Assembly (NCBI RefSeq): GCF_963921235.1
Contig: NC_086097.1
Span: 7,688,001 to 7,752,000 of the forward strand
Length of the DNA: 64,000 nucleotides
Origin: Mobula hypostoma
Taxonomy: Eukaryota
Direction: 5' to 3'
Shown: positions 51,235-64,000 of the stretch, one piece after another
Numbering within the stretch: the first letter of the stretch is position 1
How the letters are laid out: each line of letters opens with the position of its first letter
Made by a program: the position numbers and the translations under genes
Notes under the pieces: generated by a model
The model's input: only the letters and a program-made list of their open reading frames with translations
Databases searched by the model: none
Told to the model about the DNA's origin: nothing

Positions 51235-51730
51235 GAATTCAAAATTCAAATTAAATTTTATCATCAAAGTACATATTTGTCACCTACACGCCCTAAGATT
51301 CATTTTCTTGTGGATATACACAGTAAATCTCTACAAGTAACTATCCCAGGATTAACCAGAGTGCAGAAGACAACAAACTCTGCAAATGCAAATAGAAATA
51401 AATAGCAATAAATAATAAGAACATGAGGTAATAAGATAAACAGTCCTTGAAAGTGAGATCATTGGTTGTGGGAACATCTCAATGGATGGGCAAGTGAGTG
51501 TAGTTATCCCCTTTTGCTCAAGAGCCTGATGGTTGAGGGGTAATATCTATTCTTGAACCTGGTAGTGAGAGTCCTGACAGTACTTATATCTTCTTCCCAG
51601 TGGCAGCAGTGAGAAGAGAGCATGAGCTCATGGTGGGATCCTACGACAGCATTTCATGTAGATGTGCTTAATGGTTGGAAGAACTTTACCTGTGATGTAC
51701 TGGGCTGAGCCCACCTTTTGTAGGATTTAT
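51235..51730 (-). mobile_element. Rex1/Babar 3' end and UTR
   Basis: Colinear with 11490-12240 and 18265-18730. Confidence 0.8.
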
Positions 51731-53954
51731 CATGCTCAGTTTTATATTGAGGATAAAATAAAAAATTTTGGAGGTGGTCACAATAGTCACAGGTTTAGTT
51801 AGAGAGAAAAAGCACCACACTTCCAGAGTTTCCCTCTATTTTTATTGAATGTAATGGAAAACAGTACATACCTTGAACTGGGATCAATCTGCGATTGAAT
51901 GTTATGTGCAGATATTGCTGATGAGTTAAATTTAAACTGATAAAATTGATTCTGAATTGACTTATAGCTTTGCAGGGAAAGGTTTGACTACATACGTTGA
52001 TTAACAGGCCCTCTAGTTAATGAGGAGCCAAGTACCTATATCAGTGCCCATCTGCTTGGGCTCCAATTCATTCTCGACACTTCGAGGAAAGCACAAGAAG
52101 AACGGATCATATTTTGTTGTTCTTTCTTTCTTTCAAGTCAGCTTATGTTGTAACTGTAACCTTATTGCATTCAGTAACCAGTAATCTATCAATTTAAATC
52201 ACTGTATACTTAGAGCTAATGTACTCACTGTACTCATGAGCTGTAATTTGCTTATGTAAGCAATTATCCTCAATCTATTGAACAGTCTCAGTCTGCAACT
52301 GTGTGAGTTTGGTTAGAAATGCTTCTTTGGACATTTTCAAGGAAACTTACCTTCAGCTGCATGTGGATAACTGAGTCTTCCTTGTACCATATAAGATATT
52401 TCTATAATGTAGTACCATATCTCTAATAGGTAAAGACAACGAATAAGCATGAAAGTTGTAGTATCAGGAAAAGTGGAAAATTGCCTTTTGAATATCCATC
52501 ATTACAAATTTCCACCCGGAGTCTAAGTCATTTTGCAGAATATGATTTATAGTTTTAATCATCAGCAGATTACTTTGGCATGGTGACGTGAATGACATTT
52601 TACACAGTTCTTTTTACTGATTTTCACACATGTTCACTTTGTGACATTAACAAGTAACTGCAAATGTTTTGGTTCCAGCACAGCTAGTGTTGACAATCTC
52701 TGTTGAAAAAAAAATTCCCTCACTCCGCCCCAATACCGTATGTTGCAACATGGTGGTCAGTTGAATCAAGAGAGTATGGGGTGGCCTGCATTATTTTGGC
52801 AGGAAGGATCTCAATTGATAGATGACATGGTTCATTTCATAGCAGAAATTCTCAATTCTTCAATGAATAAAACACCTAGTGTTTGCATGACTGTCGCAGA
52901 ATCCGAGAATCACAAAGCTGAGAAATTGAATTCCTGCTTACCAAGTCAGGAGTAAACAAAATGCAGCATTGATGCAGCACAAGCAACAGTTCTAATTGAG
53001 CGTGACTTTTTAATAACTCCTAGAAATACTACAGTTTGAAGGAGGTGTACTTTTCATTAAATTACCAGTTCTTTAAACAAAGTTTATGTTAAATTGATAT
53101 AAAAATAAACATGAAAATCTAACTCACCAGAATGTCTGATCTTTGAATGCATTTCTATATCCCAGGAATTGGAGAGATCCAGCTTATTTCTGTTGCTGTT
53201 TCAGCGGTAGACACTGGAATGCGATGCTAACAAACTCCTAAATGGATAATTGCAGAGAATTATAGCAGTGTAGAAATGTATTTACAAAACCATTTGACAA
53301 GTCTGAAGCTAGTGACAAGAGTACATTTTCAAGGCTTAGATCATCACAAGGGAATGGAAAATTGGGATTTAATTTCCCTGCAATTATCCCTTTTAAATAT
53401 ATTCTGGTTTGTACATTCTGTTTATAACTGATAGTCAGCTTCCCCCTTGAAATCCACAATGAAAGAATAGCGATTTTCTTTTTCCCTCATAAGTTGAATC
53501 CTTTTGGGCACCAATCAGCCTCAACTTTTTGCCCCATTACTTATTTTCAGAAGTAATCCATTCTGCTAACATCAGACTTGAGTGAAAAGAGCACAACTCT
53601 CTATTATTGTTCAAAATAGGCCGCAAAAGAGTTCAAAGTTCAAAGTACGTATGCATTTATGCAACCTTGATATTAGTCTCGTCACAGGCAGCCTCAAAAC
53701 AAGAAACCCAAAAGAACTGATACAAATAAACAACAAAACCCCACAAAAATGAGCTCTAATTGAAGAGGAAATGAGGGAATGTTTCATCAGGGTAGTACTG
53801 CTACCAAATATAAATGATGTTCATCAACCAGACTATTTTGCTTAGGATAAGCACACAAACCGGAGCAATTTGATTTAAAATTATTCAAAATTTATGAGAG
53901 GCTATCTTATGAACAATCAACAATGAGAATATAGAACGTAGAAGATCAAACAGT

Positions 53955-54248
53955 CTGCGAACAATTCTGTTAACAGACATGTAGACCTCAATCCTATTTG
54001 TGAGCCAATGTGGGCAAAATTCCAGATCACAACACACGATGTTTGCCGCACAACCAATCAGCAAAGAAATTTCCTTCTCACATCACAACTGAGTTTCTGA
54101 AATGACGACCAATCAGCTGATTGATACGTACATAAGGCCAAGCATTCAGAGGACGCATCGCACTGATGATGTCTCTTTGCATGGTGACGAAATATTTGCA
54201 AGTAAATTGCCGAGGGCAGAGAACAGCACAACCCAACCATCAATCAAC
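53955..54248 (+). mobile_element. Penelope-like (Poseidon-type) 3' end with hammerhead motif
   Basis: NSVNRHVDLNPI.EPM C-terminus; GCA CTGATGA T GTCTC TTTGCATG GTGAC GAAA TA TT TGC at 54160-54199. Confidence 0.75.
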
Positions 54249-54294
54249 TAAGCTACACATTTTCTGAATTATTTCCAGTACAGCATAGTACAGG

Positions 54295-54516
54295 CCCCAT
54301 CAGATTCCTTCTTCTCCAGCCCTTTACCTTTCCCACTCACCTGGCTTCACTTATCATCTTCTAGCTACCCATCCCCCTCCCACCAACTTTTTATTCTGGT
54401 GTTTTCCCCCTTCCTTCTCAGTCTTCAAGAAGGGTCTCGACCTGAAATGTCAACTGTTTATTCACTTCCATAGATGCTGCCTGACCTGCTGAGTTCTTCC
54501 AGCATTTTCTGTATGT
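54295..54516 (+). mobile_element. Penelope-like pLTR fragment with degenerate hammerhead motif
   Basis: CAGTC TTCAAGA AGGG TCTCGA CCT GAAA TG TC AACTG (54419-54456) followed by GATGCTGCCTGACCTGCTGAGTTC. Confidence 0.8.
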
Positions 54517-55735
54517 CCCTTTGGCCCAAAAGGTTTTGCCAACTTTTTAACCTACTCTAAAATTAATCTAACACTCCTCTCCTCAAGATAGCATCCATGT
54601 GCTTACATAAGACTCTCTTAAATGTCCTAAATGTATTTGCCTTTACCAGTATCCTGGCAATGTATTCTTGACCAAAAACAATACCCAAAACTGTGTTCAT
54701 TTAGGCATTTGAAAAGGTGAGGTTGCAAACTACTTGAAGATATTTATACTAACTAAACATAGCATTGACTTGAATATGTGTGTATGGTCTTTTCTTTGGG
54801 TGCTGAGGGATGATTTGAGACTAGGGAGGGAGCTCTGAGCCTGGGCTGAACTTTCAACATACAATGAAAATTTTGTAATTCTGCTTGTTAGTTTTTCTGG
54901 ACCAGAAAGTAAGCTGGAAAAGAATTGCCCACCTTAAATTAACGTCTATTAAATTAAAGGTTAACCTGCAGGTTGTGTCAGTGGTAAGGAAGGCAACTGC
55001 CGTGTTAGCATTCATTTCAAGAGGACTAGAATATAAAAGCAAGATGTAATACTGAGGCTTTATAACGCATTGGTCAGACTGCACTTGGAGTATTGTGACG
55101 TCCATTACTACTGACCTCCAGCACCCAGGGCATGCCCTTTTCTCACTGTTACCGTCAGGTAGGAGGTACAGAAGCCTGAAGGCACACACTCAGCGATTCA
55201 GGAACAGCTTCTTCCCCTCTGTCATCTGATTCCTAAATAGACATTGAACGCTTGGACACTACCTCACTTTTTAAATACATATTATTTCTTTTTTGCACAA
55301 TTTTTGATCTATTCAATGTATGTATATTGTAATTGATTTACTTATTTATTTATTTATTACTTATTTTATTTTGTTTTTTCCTTCTATGTTATGTATTGCA
55401 TTGAACTGCTGCTGCTAAGTTGACAAATTTCATGACACAAGCTGGTGACAATAAACCTGATTCTGATTCTGAGTTTTGGGCCTCTTATCTAAGAAATTAT
55501 GTGTCGGTATTGCAGAGGAGATTCACAGGAATGATTATGGGAATGAAAGGATTAATGTATGAGGAGCATTTGATGGTTCTGGACCTGTACTCGCTGGTGT
55601 TCAGATGAGTGAGGGGAGATCTCATTGAAACCTACTGAGTATTGAAAGGCCTAGACAGAGTGGATGTGGAGAGAATGTTTCCTGTAGTAAGGGAATCTGG
55701 GACCAAATGGCACAACCTCAGACTTGAGGGACATC

Positions 55736-55975
55736 TGTTGTGTATTTAATATTTCAATAAACAATGATTAATCTTGTATATATATGTTGTTTTCTTATGC
55801 ATTCTTGTTCATTTAAAAAATTAATTACAGGTTCTGTGTACAAATATGTTAATTACATATGACATCAAGCTACCACATGTTTACCACTTGAAATGCACAA
55901 AGTTAGAGCTGCATTTTCAGACTGCTGTGTCTTCCTTTCAATCAATTTAATGTTTTGAAATTACAAAACTTAGCA
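55736..55975. mobile_element. Small solo LTR, 240 bp, inserted in a CR1 3' fragment (about 55470-56230)
   Basis: TG...CA ends; flanks ACATC/ATGTC, both derivable from ACGTC; the CR1 sequence GAGGG|ACGTC|CATTTAGAACAGAG is restored on removal. Confidence 0.85.
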
Positions 55976-56254
55976 ATGTCCATTTAGAACAGAGTTGAAG
56001 TGGAATTCCTTTTGCCAGATGGTGATGAATCTATGGAATTCATTGTTGTGGAAGGCTGTGGATGCTAGGTCACTGGGTATATATTTAACATGGAGGTTGA
56101 TAGGTTCCTGATTAGAGGGGCATCAAAAATTACTGGAAGAAGGCAGGAGAATGAGGTTGAGAGGGAAAATAAATCAGCCATGATGAAATGGTGAAGCAGA
56201 CTTGATAGGCCATTCAGCTCCTATGTCTTATATATTATACAGAATTGTTATTAC

Positions 56255-56805
56255 TGTTAGAGTGGATTTCTTTTTGGGTAGATGATTTGTTTACACTTAA
56301 ATGACTTTGGCCACCAGACTTCTATTTTACCTGTTTGACAAAGGACTGTGGATTGAGTCCACCACAACGGGCTTCCTAAAAGGTGTAAATATCAGATGCT
56401 TCTGGCGCTTGATGCTGAAGTTTCGAAGACAGTATTATCAATACATTATAAATATTAATTGTCTTCTATGTTAGCACGTAAAATGCCAAATAAATGTATT
56501 GTAGATTGAACTAAAGGCTGTGGATACCAACCCAGACATGTTGGCGTCAGAAGGAAAGGATGAAATCTGAAGGTGTGATGTTTGTATGTAACTTGAATAG
56601 GAAGCATTGTCCATGCATTGTCTGTAACTTTTTAAAGTAGCGATTGCCTTTGTGTTTAGCATATAAATATCGAGTCCACATTTAGCTAGCAGACCTTTCT
56701 GCGGAAAGCATCTCTGCCTGCTGTACCTTGTTGTGTCGAATAAAGAAGCTGCTTTGTATCTACCAGTGACTCTGCCTCTCCAGTAATTTCATCCACGCTA
56801 CAACA
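56255..56805 (+). mobile_element. Solo LTR, 551 bp
   Basis: Perfect 5-bp TSD ATTAC (56250-56254 and 56806-56810); TGTT...AACA imperfect inverted ends; TATAAA at 56662; AATAAA at 56739. Confidence 0.9.
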
Positions 56806-56969
56806 ATTACCATTTGTTGAGTAACATGAAATAAACTAGCAATCACTGTTGTTGAGTCCACTATCATTTTTGCAGGTGTATCAGCACAGAAAGAATTTCT
56901 AACCTTGTCTTACAAAGCAATGTATAATCAACAATGTATATGGATTTGTCCATATGTATTTTTACTCAA

Positions 56970-58180
56970 AGTGTGTACAGCACTGTTGGCTGGTGTATTC
57001 ACAGACATTTTTAACTTCTCCATACTGGACCCGTTCAACTTGCCTACTGACACAACTGATCAACAGACGATGCCATTACCACAACACTGCAGACCGTCCT
57101 CACTCACTTGGAGAAGAGGGATGCTTCTGTGAGAATGCTGTTCTTGGACTACAGTTCAGCATTCAACACAATAACTCCCCCCAGGCTTGACAAGAAACTC
57201 AGAGACCTTGGCCTTCACTTGCCTTGTGCTGCTGGATCCTGGACTAACTGTCAGATCACCAGCAGCTGGTAAGGGTGGGCTCCCTCACCTCTCCCCTTTG
57301 AACCTCAACACAAGAACCCTCCAAGGCTATGTCCTAAGCCCCCTCCTCTGCTCCCTATGTACTCACGACTGTGTTGCCATGCACAGCTCCAATCTGCTGA
57401 TTCAAAGTGATGTTGTGGGGATGGAACTGGACTCTCTGATGGTGGTGTCTGAAAAGAGGATGCTGTCCAAGTTGCATGCCATCTTGGACAATGTCTCCCA
57501 TCCACTACATAATGGACTGGTTGGGCACAGGAGTACATTCAGCCAGAGACTCATTCCACCGAGATGCAACACTGAGCGTCATAGGAAGTCATTCCTGCCT
57601 GTGGCCATCAAACTTTACAACTCCTCCCTTGGAGGTTTAATTATTTATGGGTTTTATATTGCTATATTTATACTCTATTCTTGGTTGGTTCAACTGTAAC
57701 GAAACCCAATTTCCCTCGGGATCAATAAAGTATGTCTATCTATCTATCTATCTATCAAATTCACAGATGACATCACATTAATAGGCTTATTTTCAACAAT
57801 GATGAGACAACCTACAGAGGAAATGTCATCACCCTGACACAGAAAACCATTTGTTCCTCAATGTCGAGAAAACGAAGGATCTGGTTATAGATTACAGGAG
57901 GAACGGAGACAGGCTAGCCCCTATTGACATCAAGGGGACTGTAGTTGAGAGGGTGAGTAGTTTCAAGTTCCTTGGTATACACATCACTGAGGATTTCACC
58001 TGGACTGTACATGCTGGCTGTGTGGTGAAAAAACCACAACAGCATATCTTTCACCTCAGACAGCTGAAGACGTTTGGCATGAGTCTCCAAATCCTCAAGA
58101 CTTTCCCCCGGGACATCACCGAGAGCATCCTGACTGGCCGTGTCACCACCCGGTACAGGAACTGTACTATCCTCAATCGT
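56970..58180 (+). mobile_element. Rex1/Babar RT fragment with a nested younger Rex1 3' end (57407-57754)
   Basis: [46 protein letters not shown]; the nested piece has a (CTAT)n tail and TCAAA flanks. Confidence 0.85.
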
Positions 58181-58529
58181 AGTGAATAAAAATCATTATG
58201 TTGTGTCTTCGTCACTATGTGCAAGCAAGAAGGAAGGGAAATGTGTTAAGATATTGCCCAAACACCGAGATTGTATACATAATTGTTTTGTATATGTGTA
58301 TGTACAGTCAGATATGTATCAATAACTCTGATGGCCTGGTGAAATAAGCTGTTCCGGAACTTGCTGGTCCTAGCCTTAATGCTGCGGTACCATTTACTAG
58401 ACGGTAGCAGCTGAAACCAATCGTGGTTTGGGGTGGCTGGAGTCTCTGATAATCGTCTGGTCCCTTTTTGCATACCAGCTCCTGTAAACATCCTGAATAG
58501 TGGAAGGTTCACATCCACAGATGCACTGG

Positions 58530-58677
58530 GCTGTGGGAGGAAACCAGAGAACCCGGAGGAAATACACACGGTCACAGATAAGATGTACAACATCCTTACA
58601 GGTGGCAGCAGGAATTGAACCTAGGTCACTGATATTGTAGAGCGTTGTGCTAACCACTATGCTACTGTGCTGCCCCC
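58530..58677 (-). mobile_element. V-SINE 5' half
   Basis: Minus strand has A box TAGCATAGTGG, B box GGTTCAATTCC and the V-domain. Confidence 0.85.
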
Positions 58678-59649
58678 TTTGATGTGTCTCAGTACTAAAC
58701 CTTAACTCGTATAGGTTTAAGAAGCCGGGTCTCATGTACTGTAAAGTGTTATGCTAACCACTATGCCACCGTGCCACACAATGCATGCGACCTTGTCCAT
58801 ACATATATGAATCTTGTCCATTCAAAGCAATGTACAACGAACAATATATGTTAACTTACCAGTAATTCTTACAGTCCAAGGATAAATAATAAGAAAACAA
58901 CTCTGGTCAGAGTAAGAGAGCTTTACATTCCAACAGTCCTGTTATTGTGTGATTTTTATTGTGCACAAAGAAAAATAAAAGCTATTTTTATCTGATTGTT
59001 GGTGTAAAAATGCATGCTTGTGCTCTTACTGATTTACACTGATGCAAATTGCAGCCAAAGAAGATCTCTCATAACAACTCATAACACTGGACCTGGACTT
59101 CCAAGGTCGAAAGAGTGGAACTGCCTTGATGCAATGGCTTTTCCACTTTAAAACTCTCCCATACAGGTCTCCTGTTACTGTTGCATATGACGGATAACCA
59201 ATGTCATGCAGATAGAGGCCATTTCACCCACTGGGATCTTGACTGCTCCCAGAAGTCTCTTTCCTCTTTCCTTATTTCATAGCAATTTATTTTATCAATA
59301 TGAACCCATGAAAATCCTTTTTTTTTGCCACTTATTTAAACTAAAAGGCAACTTGTGGCAGTCAACTATTCTACCACATATCCTTGAGAGAGCTGAGCAT
59401 CTGGCACAAACTCATATGAAACCCATGTGCTGACAGGAAGGAGATCCTGCTGGACTCTAATGCCCCAAGCTGTGATAGCAGTATGCTAATCACTAAGCTA
59501 CCGTCATGCTCTGAGGTACGTGGCTAAGGATGGTGAATGCATATGGACGATATTCTTCTCAAAATTTCTCTAATATGCCATGGTAATTATTTTTTCTGAG
59601 AAAACATCACATACATCACCTTATCAAAGGAACGCTCTCTGACCGTGAC

Positions 59650-59946
59650 AGGCTCCATGGTAGGGTACCGGTTAGCACAACGCTATTAAAGCTCGGGGCA
59701 TTGGAGTTCTGACATCAACTCCCGCGTAGTCTGTAAGGAGTTTGTACCTTCTCCCCGTAACCACATGGCTTTCCGCCAGGCTCTCCGGTTTCCTCCCATA
59801 GTCCAAAGACATACTAGTTAATAGGTTAATTGGTGGTTTTAGATGGTCTTGTGATTAGGCTAGAGTTAAATAGGTGGGTTGTTGGGTGGTGTATCTCTTT
59901 GTGCTGGAAGTGCCTGTTCTGTGCTGTCTCTCTAAATAAATAAATA
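59650..59946 (+). mobile_element. V-SINE (HE1-like)
   Basis: tRNA-like head, CTCCGGTTTCCTCCCATAGTCCAAAGAC V-domain and (TAAA)n tail. Confidence 0.85.
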
Positions 59947-60219
59947 TTCCTTTTTGCCACTTACATATTTATGGTAGTCAATGATCCTACCATTATAAGA
60001 CCATAAGACCATAAGACATAGGAGAAGAATTAGGCCAGTCAGCCCATCGAGTCTTCTCCACCATTCCATCATGGCTGCTCCCGGATCCCACGCAACCCTA
60101 CACACCTGCTTTCTCGCCATATCTTTCGATGCCCTGACCAATCAGGAAAATGTTAGCTTTCACTTTAAATATATCCACCCATTGGCCGCCATAGCTATCT
60201 GTGGCAGAGCATTCCACAG

Positions 60220-63200
60220 AGCAGGCAGGTGATGGGACTTAGGTGCAGCCAGCAGGTTGAGTGTCAAATCATTAGAGATGCAGAGTCAGAAAAGGTGGCA
60301 AATACGGTACTCAAGGTTTTGTATCTAAATGCAAGTAGTATAAGAAATAAGATAGATGATCTTGTTGCAATATTACAGACTGCCAGGTATGATGTTGTGG
60401 CCATCACTGAACCGTGGCTGTAGGATGGTTGTAGTTGGGAGCTGAATGTCCAAGGTTATGCGTTGTATCAGAGGGACAGGAAGGTAGGCAGAGGGGTTGG
60501 TGTGGCTCTACTGGTAAACAATTGCATCAAATCAGTAGAAAGTTGTGACAAAGGATCGGAAGGTGTTGAATCCTTGTGGGTTGAGTTAAGAAACTGCAAG
60601 GGTAAAAGGACCCTGATGGCATTTATATACAGGCCTCCCAACAGTGGCTGGGAGGTGGACCACAGGTTACAGCAGGAAATAGAAAAGGCATATCAAAAGG
60701 TTCACCAGATTGATTCCTGGGATGGCAGGTCTTTCATATGAAGAAAGACTGGATGAACTGGGCTTGTACTCGTTGGAATTTAGAAGATTGAGGGGGGATC
60801 TGATTGAAACGTATAAGATCCTAAAGGGATTGGACAGGCTAGATGCGGGAAGATTGTTCCCGATGTTGGGGAAGTCCAGAACGAGGGGTCACAGTTTGAG
60901 GATAGAGGGGAAGCCTTTTAGGACCGAGATTAGGAAAAACTTCTTCACACAGAGAGTGGTGAATCTGTGGAATTCTCTGCCACAGCAAACTGTTGAGGCC
61001 AGTTCATTAGCTATGTTTAAAAGGAAGTTAGATATGGCCCTTGTGGCTACAGGGGTCAGGGGGTATGGAGGGAAGGCTGGGTTCTGAGTTGGATGATCAG
61101 CCATGATCATAATAAATGGCGGTGCAGGCTCGAAGGGCCGAATGGCCTACTCCTGCACCTATTTTCTATGTTTCTATGTTTCTAAAAGGGCAATGTTATG
61201 GTAGTCAAGGGAGATTTTAAAATGCAGGTTGAACGGGAAAACCAGGTTGGTAATGGATCTCAAGAGAGTGAGTATGTTGAATGCTTAAGAGATAGCTTTT
61301 TAGAGCAGGTTATCCTTGAGCCTACTAGGGAATCAGCTACACTGGATTGGGTGCTATGTAATGAACTGAAGGTGATTAGGGAGCTTGAAGTAAAAGAACC
61401 CTTAGGAACCAGTGATCACAATATGATTGAGTTCAACTTGAAATTTGACAGGGAGAAAGTATAGTCTGATGTAGCAATATTTCAGTGGAGTAAGGGAAAT
61501 TACAGTGGTATGAGAGAGGAGTTGGCCAAAGTAAATTGGAAGGAGCTGCCAGCAGGTATGACAGCAGAACAGCAATGGCGTGCATTTCTGGGAAAAATGA
61601 GGAAGGTGCAGGACGTATGTATTCCAAAAATGAAGAAACACTCAAATGATAAAGTGGTACAACCGTGGCTGACAAGGGAAGTCAAAGCTATTGTAAAAGC
61701 AGAAGAAAGGGCATACAACAAAGCAAAAATTAGTGGGAAGGTAGAGGATTGGGAAGCTTTTAAACTACAGAGAGCAGCTAAAAATCATTAGAAGGGAAAA
61801 GATGAAATACGAAAGCAAGCTAACAAATAATGTCAAAGTCAGTAGTAAAAGTTTTTTCAAGTATATTAAAAATACAAGAGAAATGAGAGTGGATATAGGA
61901 CGACTAGAAAATGAGGCAGGAGAAATAATAACGGGGGACAAGGAGATGACTGATGAACTAAATGAGTATTTTGCATCAGTCTTCACTGTGGAAGACACAA
62001 GGCCTGATGTTGTAGTATTTGAAGGAAGAGAAGTGGGTGCAGTTGCTGTTACAAGAGAGAAGGTGCTCAAAAAACTGAAAGACCTAAAGGTACATAAAGC
62101 ACCCAGACCAGATGAACTGCAACCTAGGGTTCTGAAAGAGGCAGCGCTAGAGATTGTGGTGGCATTAGAAATGATCTAACAAAATCTTTGGATTCTGGCG
62201 TGGTGCCAGAGAACTGGAAAATTGCAAATGTTACTCCACTCTTTAAGAAAGGAGGAAGGCAGCAGAAAGGAAATTATAAACCAATTAGCCTGACCTAAAT
62301 AGTTGGGAAGATGTTAGTGTCAACTGTTAAGGATAAGGTGATGAAGTATTTGTTGACACAGGACAAGATAGTACAAAGTCAGCATGGTTTCCCTCAGGGA
62401 AAATCCTCCCTGTCAAAACTGTTGGAATTCTTTGAGGAGATTACAATAGGATAGATAAAGGGGATGTAGTGGATGTTGTATATTTGGACTTTCAGAAGAC
62501 CTTTGACAAGGTGCCATGCATAAGGCTGCTTACCAAGTTAAGAGCCCATGGTATTATAGGAAAGTTACTAACATGGTTACAGCATTGGCTGATTGCCAAG
62601 AGGCAACGAGTGGGAATAAAAGGATCCTTTTCTGATTGGCTGCCAGCAACTAGTGGTGTTCCGCTGGTGTTGTGACCACTTCTTTTTATGCTGTATATAA
62701 ATGATTTAGATGATGGAATAGATGGCTTTGTTGCCAAGTTTGTAGATGACACAAAGATTGGTGGAGGGCCAGGTAGTGTTGAGGAAACTGGTAGGATGCA
62801 GAAGGGTTTAGACAGATTAGGAGAATTGGAAAGAAGGTGGCAAATTAAATACAATGTTGGAAAATGCATGGTCATCAACTTTGGTAGTAGAAATAAATAT
62901 GTGGACTATTTTCTAAATGGGGAGGAAACCCAGGAACCTGAGATGCAGAGGGACTTGGGAGTCCTTGTGCAAAACACCCTGAAGGTTAACTTGCAGGTTA
63001 AGTTGGCTGCGAGGAAGGCAAATTCCATGTTAGCATTCATTTCAAGAGGTCTAAGATACAACAGCAGGGATGTGATGCTGAGGCTTTATAAGGCACTGGT
63101 GAGGTCTCACCTTGAGTATTGTGAACAGTTTTGGGCCCCTCATCTTAGAAAAGGTGTGCTGGCATTGGAGAGGGTCCAGAGGAGGTTCACAAAGGTGATT

Positions 63201-63593
63201 CCAGGAAAAAAAGGGTCATCATGCGAGGAACGCTTGATGGCTCTGGGTCTGTACTCGCTGGAATTCAGAAGGATGGGGTGGGGATCTCATTGAAACCTTT
63301 CAAATATTGAAAGGTCTAGACAGAGTAGATGTGGAAAAAGATGTGCCCCATGGTGGGAGAGTCGAGGATAATATGTGTAGCCTCAGGATAACCTCATTCA
63401 GCTCTGGAGGCCAGGTCGTTGGCTGTATTTAAAGCGGAGATTGATAGGTTCTTGATTGGACATGGCATCAAAGGTTATGGGGACTGTAACTGTGGTTGAG
63501 GAGGGAAAAAAAAGATCAGCCATAATTGAATGGTGGAGCAGACTCAATGGGCCAGATAGCCTAAATCTGCTCCTCTGTCTTATGGTCTTATGG
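60220..63593 (+). mobile_element. CR1 LINE, ORF2 EN-RT decayed, with tail
   Basis: LYLNASSIRNK, YDVVAITE, YRPP, GDF, SDHN, YLDFQKTFD, KFVDDTK, RSHLEYC; 7-bp TSD TCCACAG. Confidence 0.95.
60701..61183 (+). mobile_element. Young 5'-truncated CR1 nested in the CR1 endonuclease region
   Basis: Uninterrupted 125-aa ORF2 C-terminus, (TTTCTATG)n tail and AAAAGG duplicated at 60695-60700 and 61184-61189. Confidence 0.95.
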
Positions 63594-64000
63594 TCCACAG
63601 TTTTGCTACTCTCTGGATAAAATAATTCCTCCTTATTTTTGTTCTACAAAGTCACCTCTCAATTTTGATTCTGTGCCCTCTCATTCTAGATAATCCCACC
63701 ATAGGAACCACCCTCTCCACATCCACCCTATCTAGTCCCTTCAACATTCTGTAAGCTTCAAAGCGATCCCACCACAAAAATTATATTTTTGAGATAAATA
63801 AAAAGGGCTGAGTATCTGCCAGAAGTCCACATACTTGCAATTCAGAAGATGCAAATTCCTTACCACAACTTCAATGGTTAAGATTGAAACAAGTCACAGG
63901 AGCTACTGTTCCATGGTGTCATCCTTCGAAAGATGGAGCTAGAAACATCTTGAAAACATAATGTAATATTATGGAATGATGCTGTGCTAGTCACAAATAG

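Larger units (their letters stand above)
59993..63770 (-). mobile_element. Older CR1 3' fragment split by nested CR1s (host parts 59993-60219 and 63594-63770)
   Basis: (ATAAGACC)n tail at 59995-60020; sequence continues after 63594. Confidence 0.8.

Noticed and set aside
63864..63938. Coding exon on the minus strand
   Set aside because: AG/GT signals are present but all three frames contain stops; at most an unverified UTR exon.

Overview
This is a vertebrate intronic or intergenic window made mostly of transposon relics. The repeat inventory points to a cartilaginous fish, probably a ray (inference): CR1/HER1-type LINEs with (CTATGTT)n tails, HE1-type V-SINEs, Rex1/Babar and RTE LINEs, Penelope-like elements, solo LTRs, and Tc1/mariner and hAT MITEs. 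Almost all long ORFs are decayed LINE ORF1/ORF2 pieces, and several elements are nested 2-3 layers deep. I could not identify an intact host gene, although several small candidate exons lie on the minus strand. The standout is a 176-bp GC-rich fragment of ZFTRAF1/CYHR1 at 39451-39626. It is exactly circularly permuted (CTVCLDLPKAS precedes KLEERLYSVL, and the two ends rejoin without gap or overlap) and it interrupts the 3' end of an RTE-type element, which suggests a circular RNA or DNA was captured into the genome. Penelope-like relics carry minimal type-I hammerhead ribozyme motifs of two families, and an RTE-dependent element has a partial HDV/CPEB3-like ribozyme motif. Family names come from motif recall, not database searches, and element boundaries are approximate unless a target-site duplication (TSD) is given.
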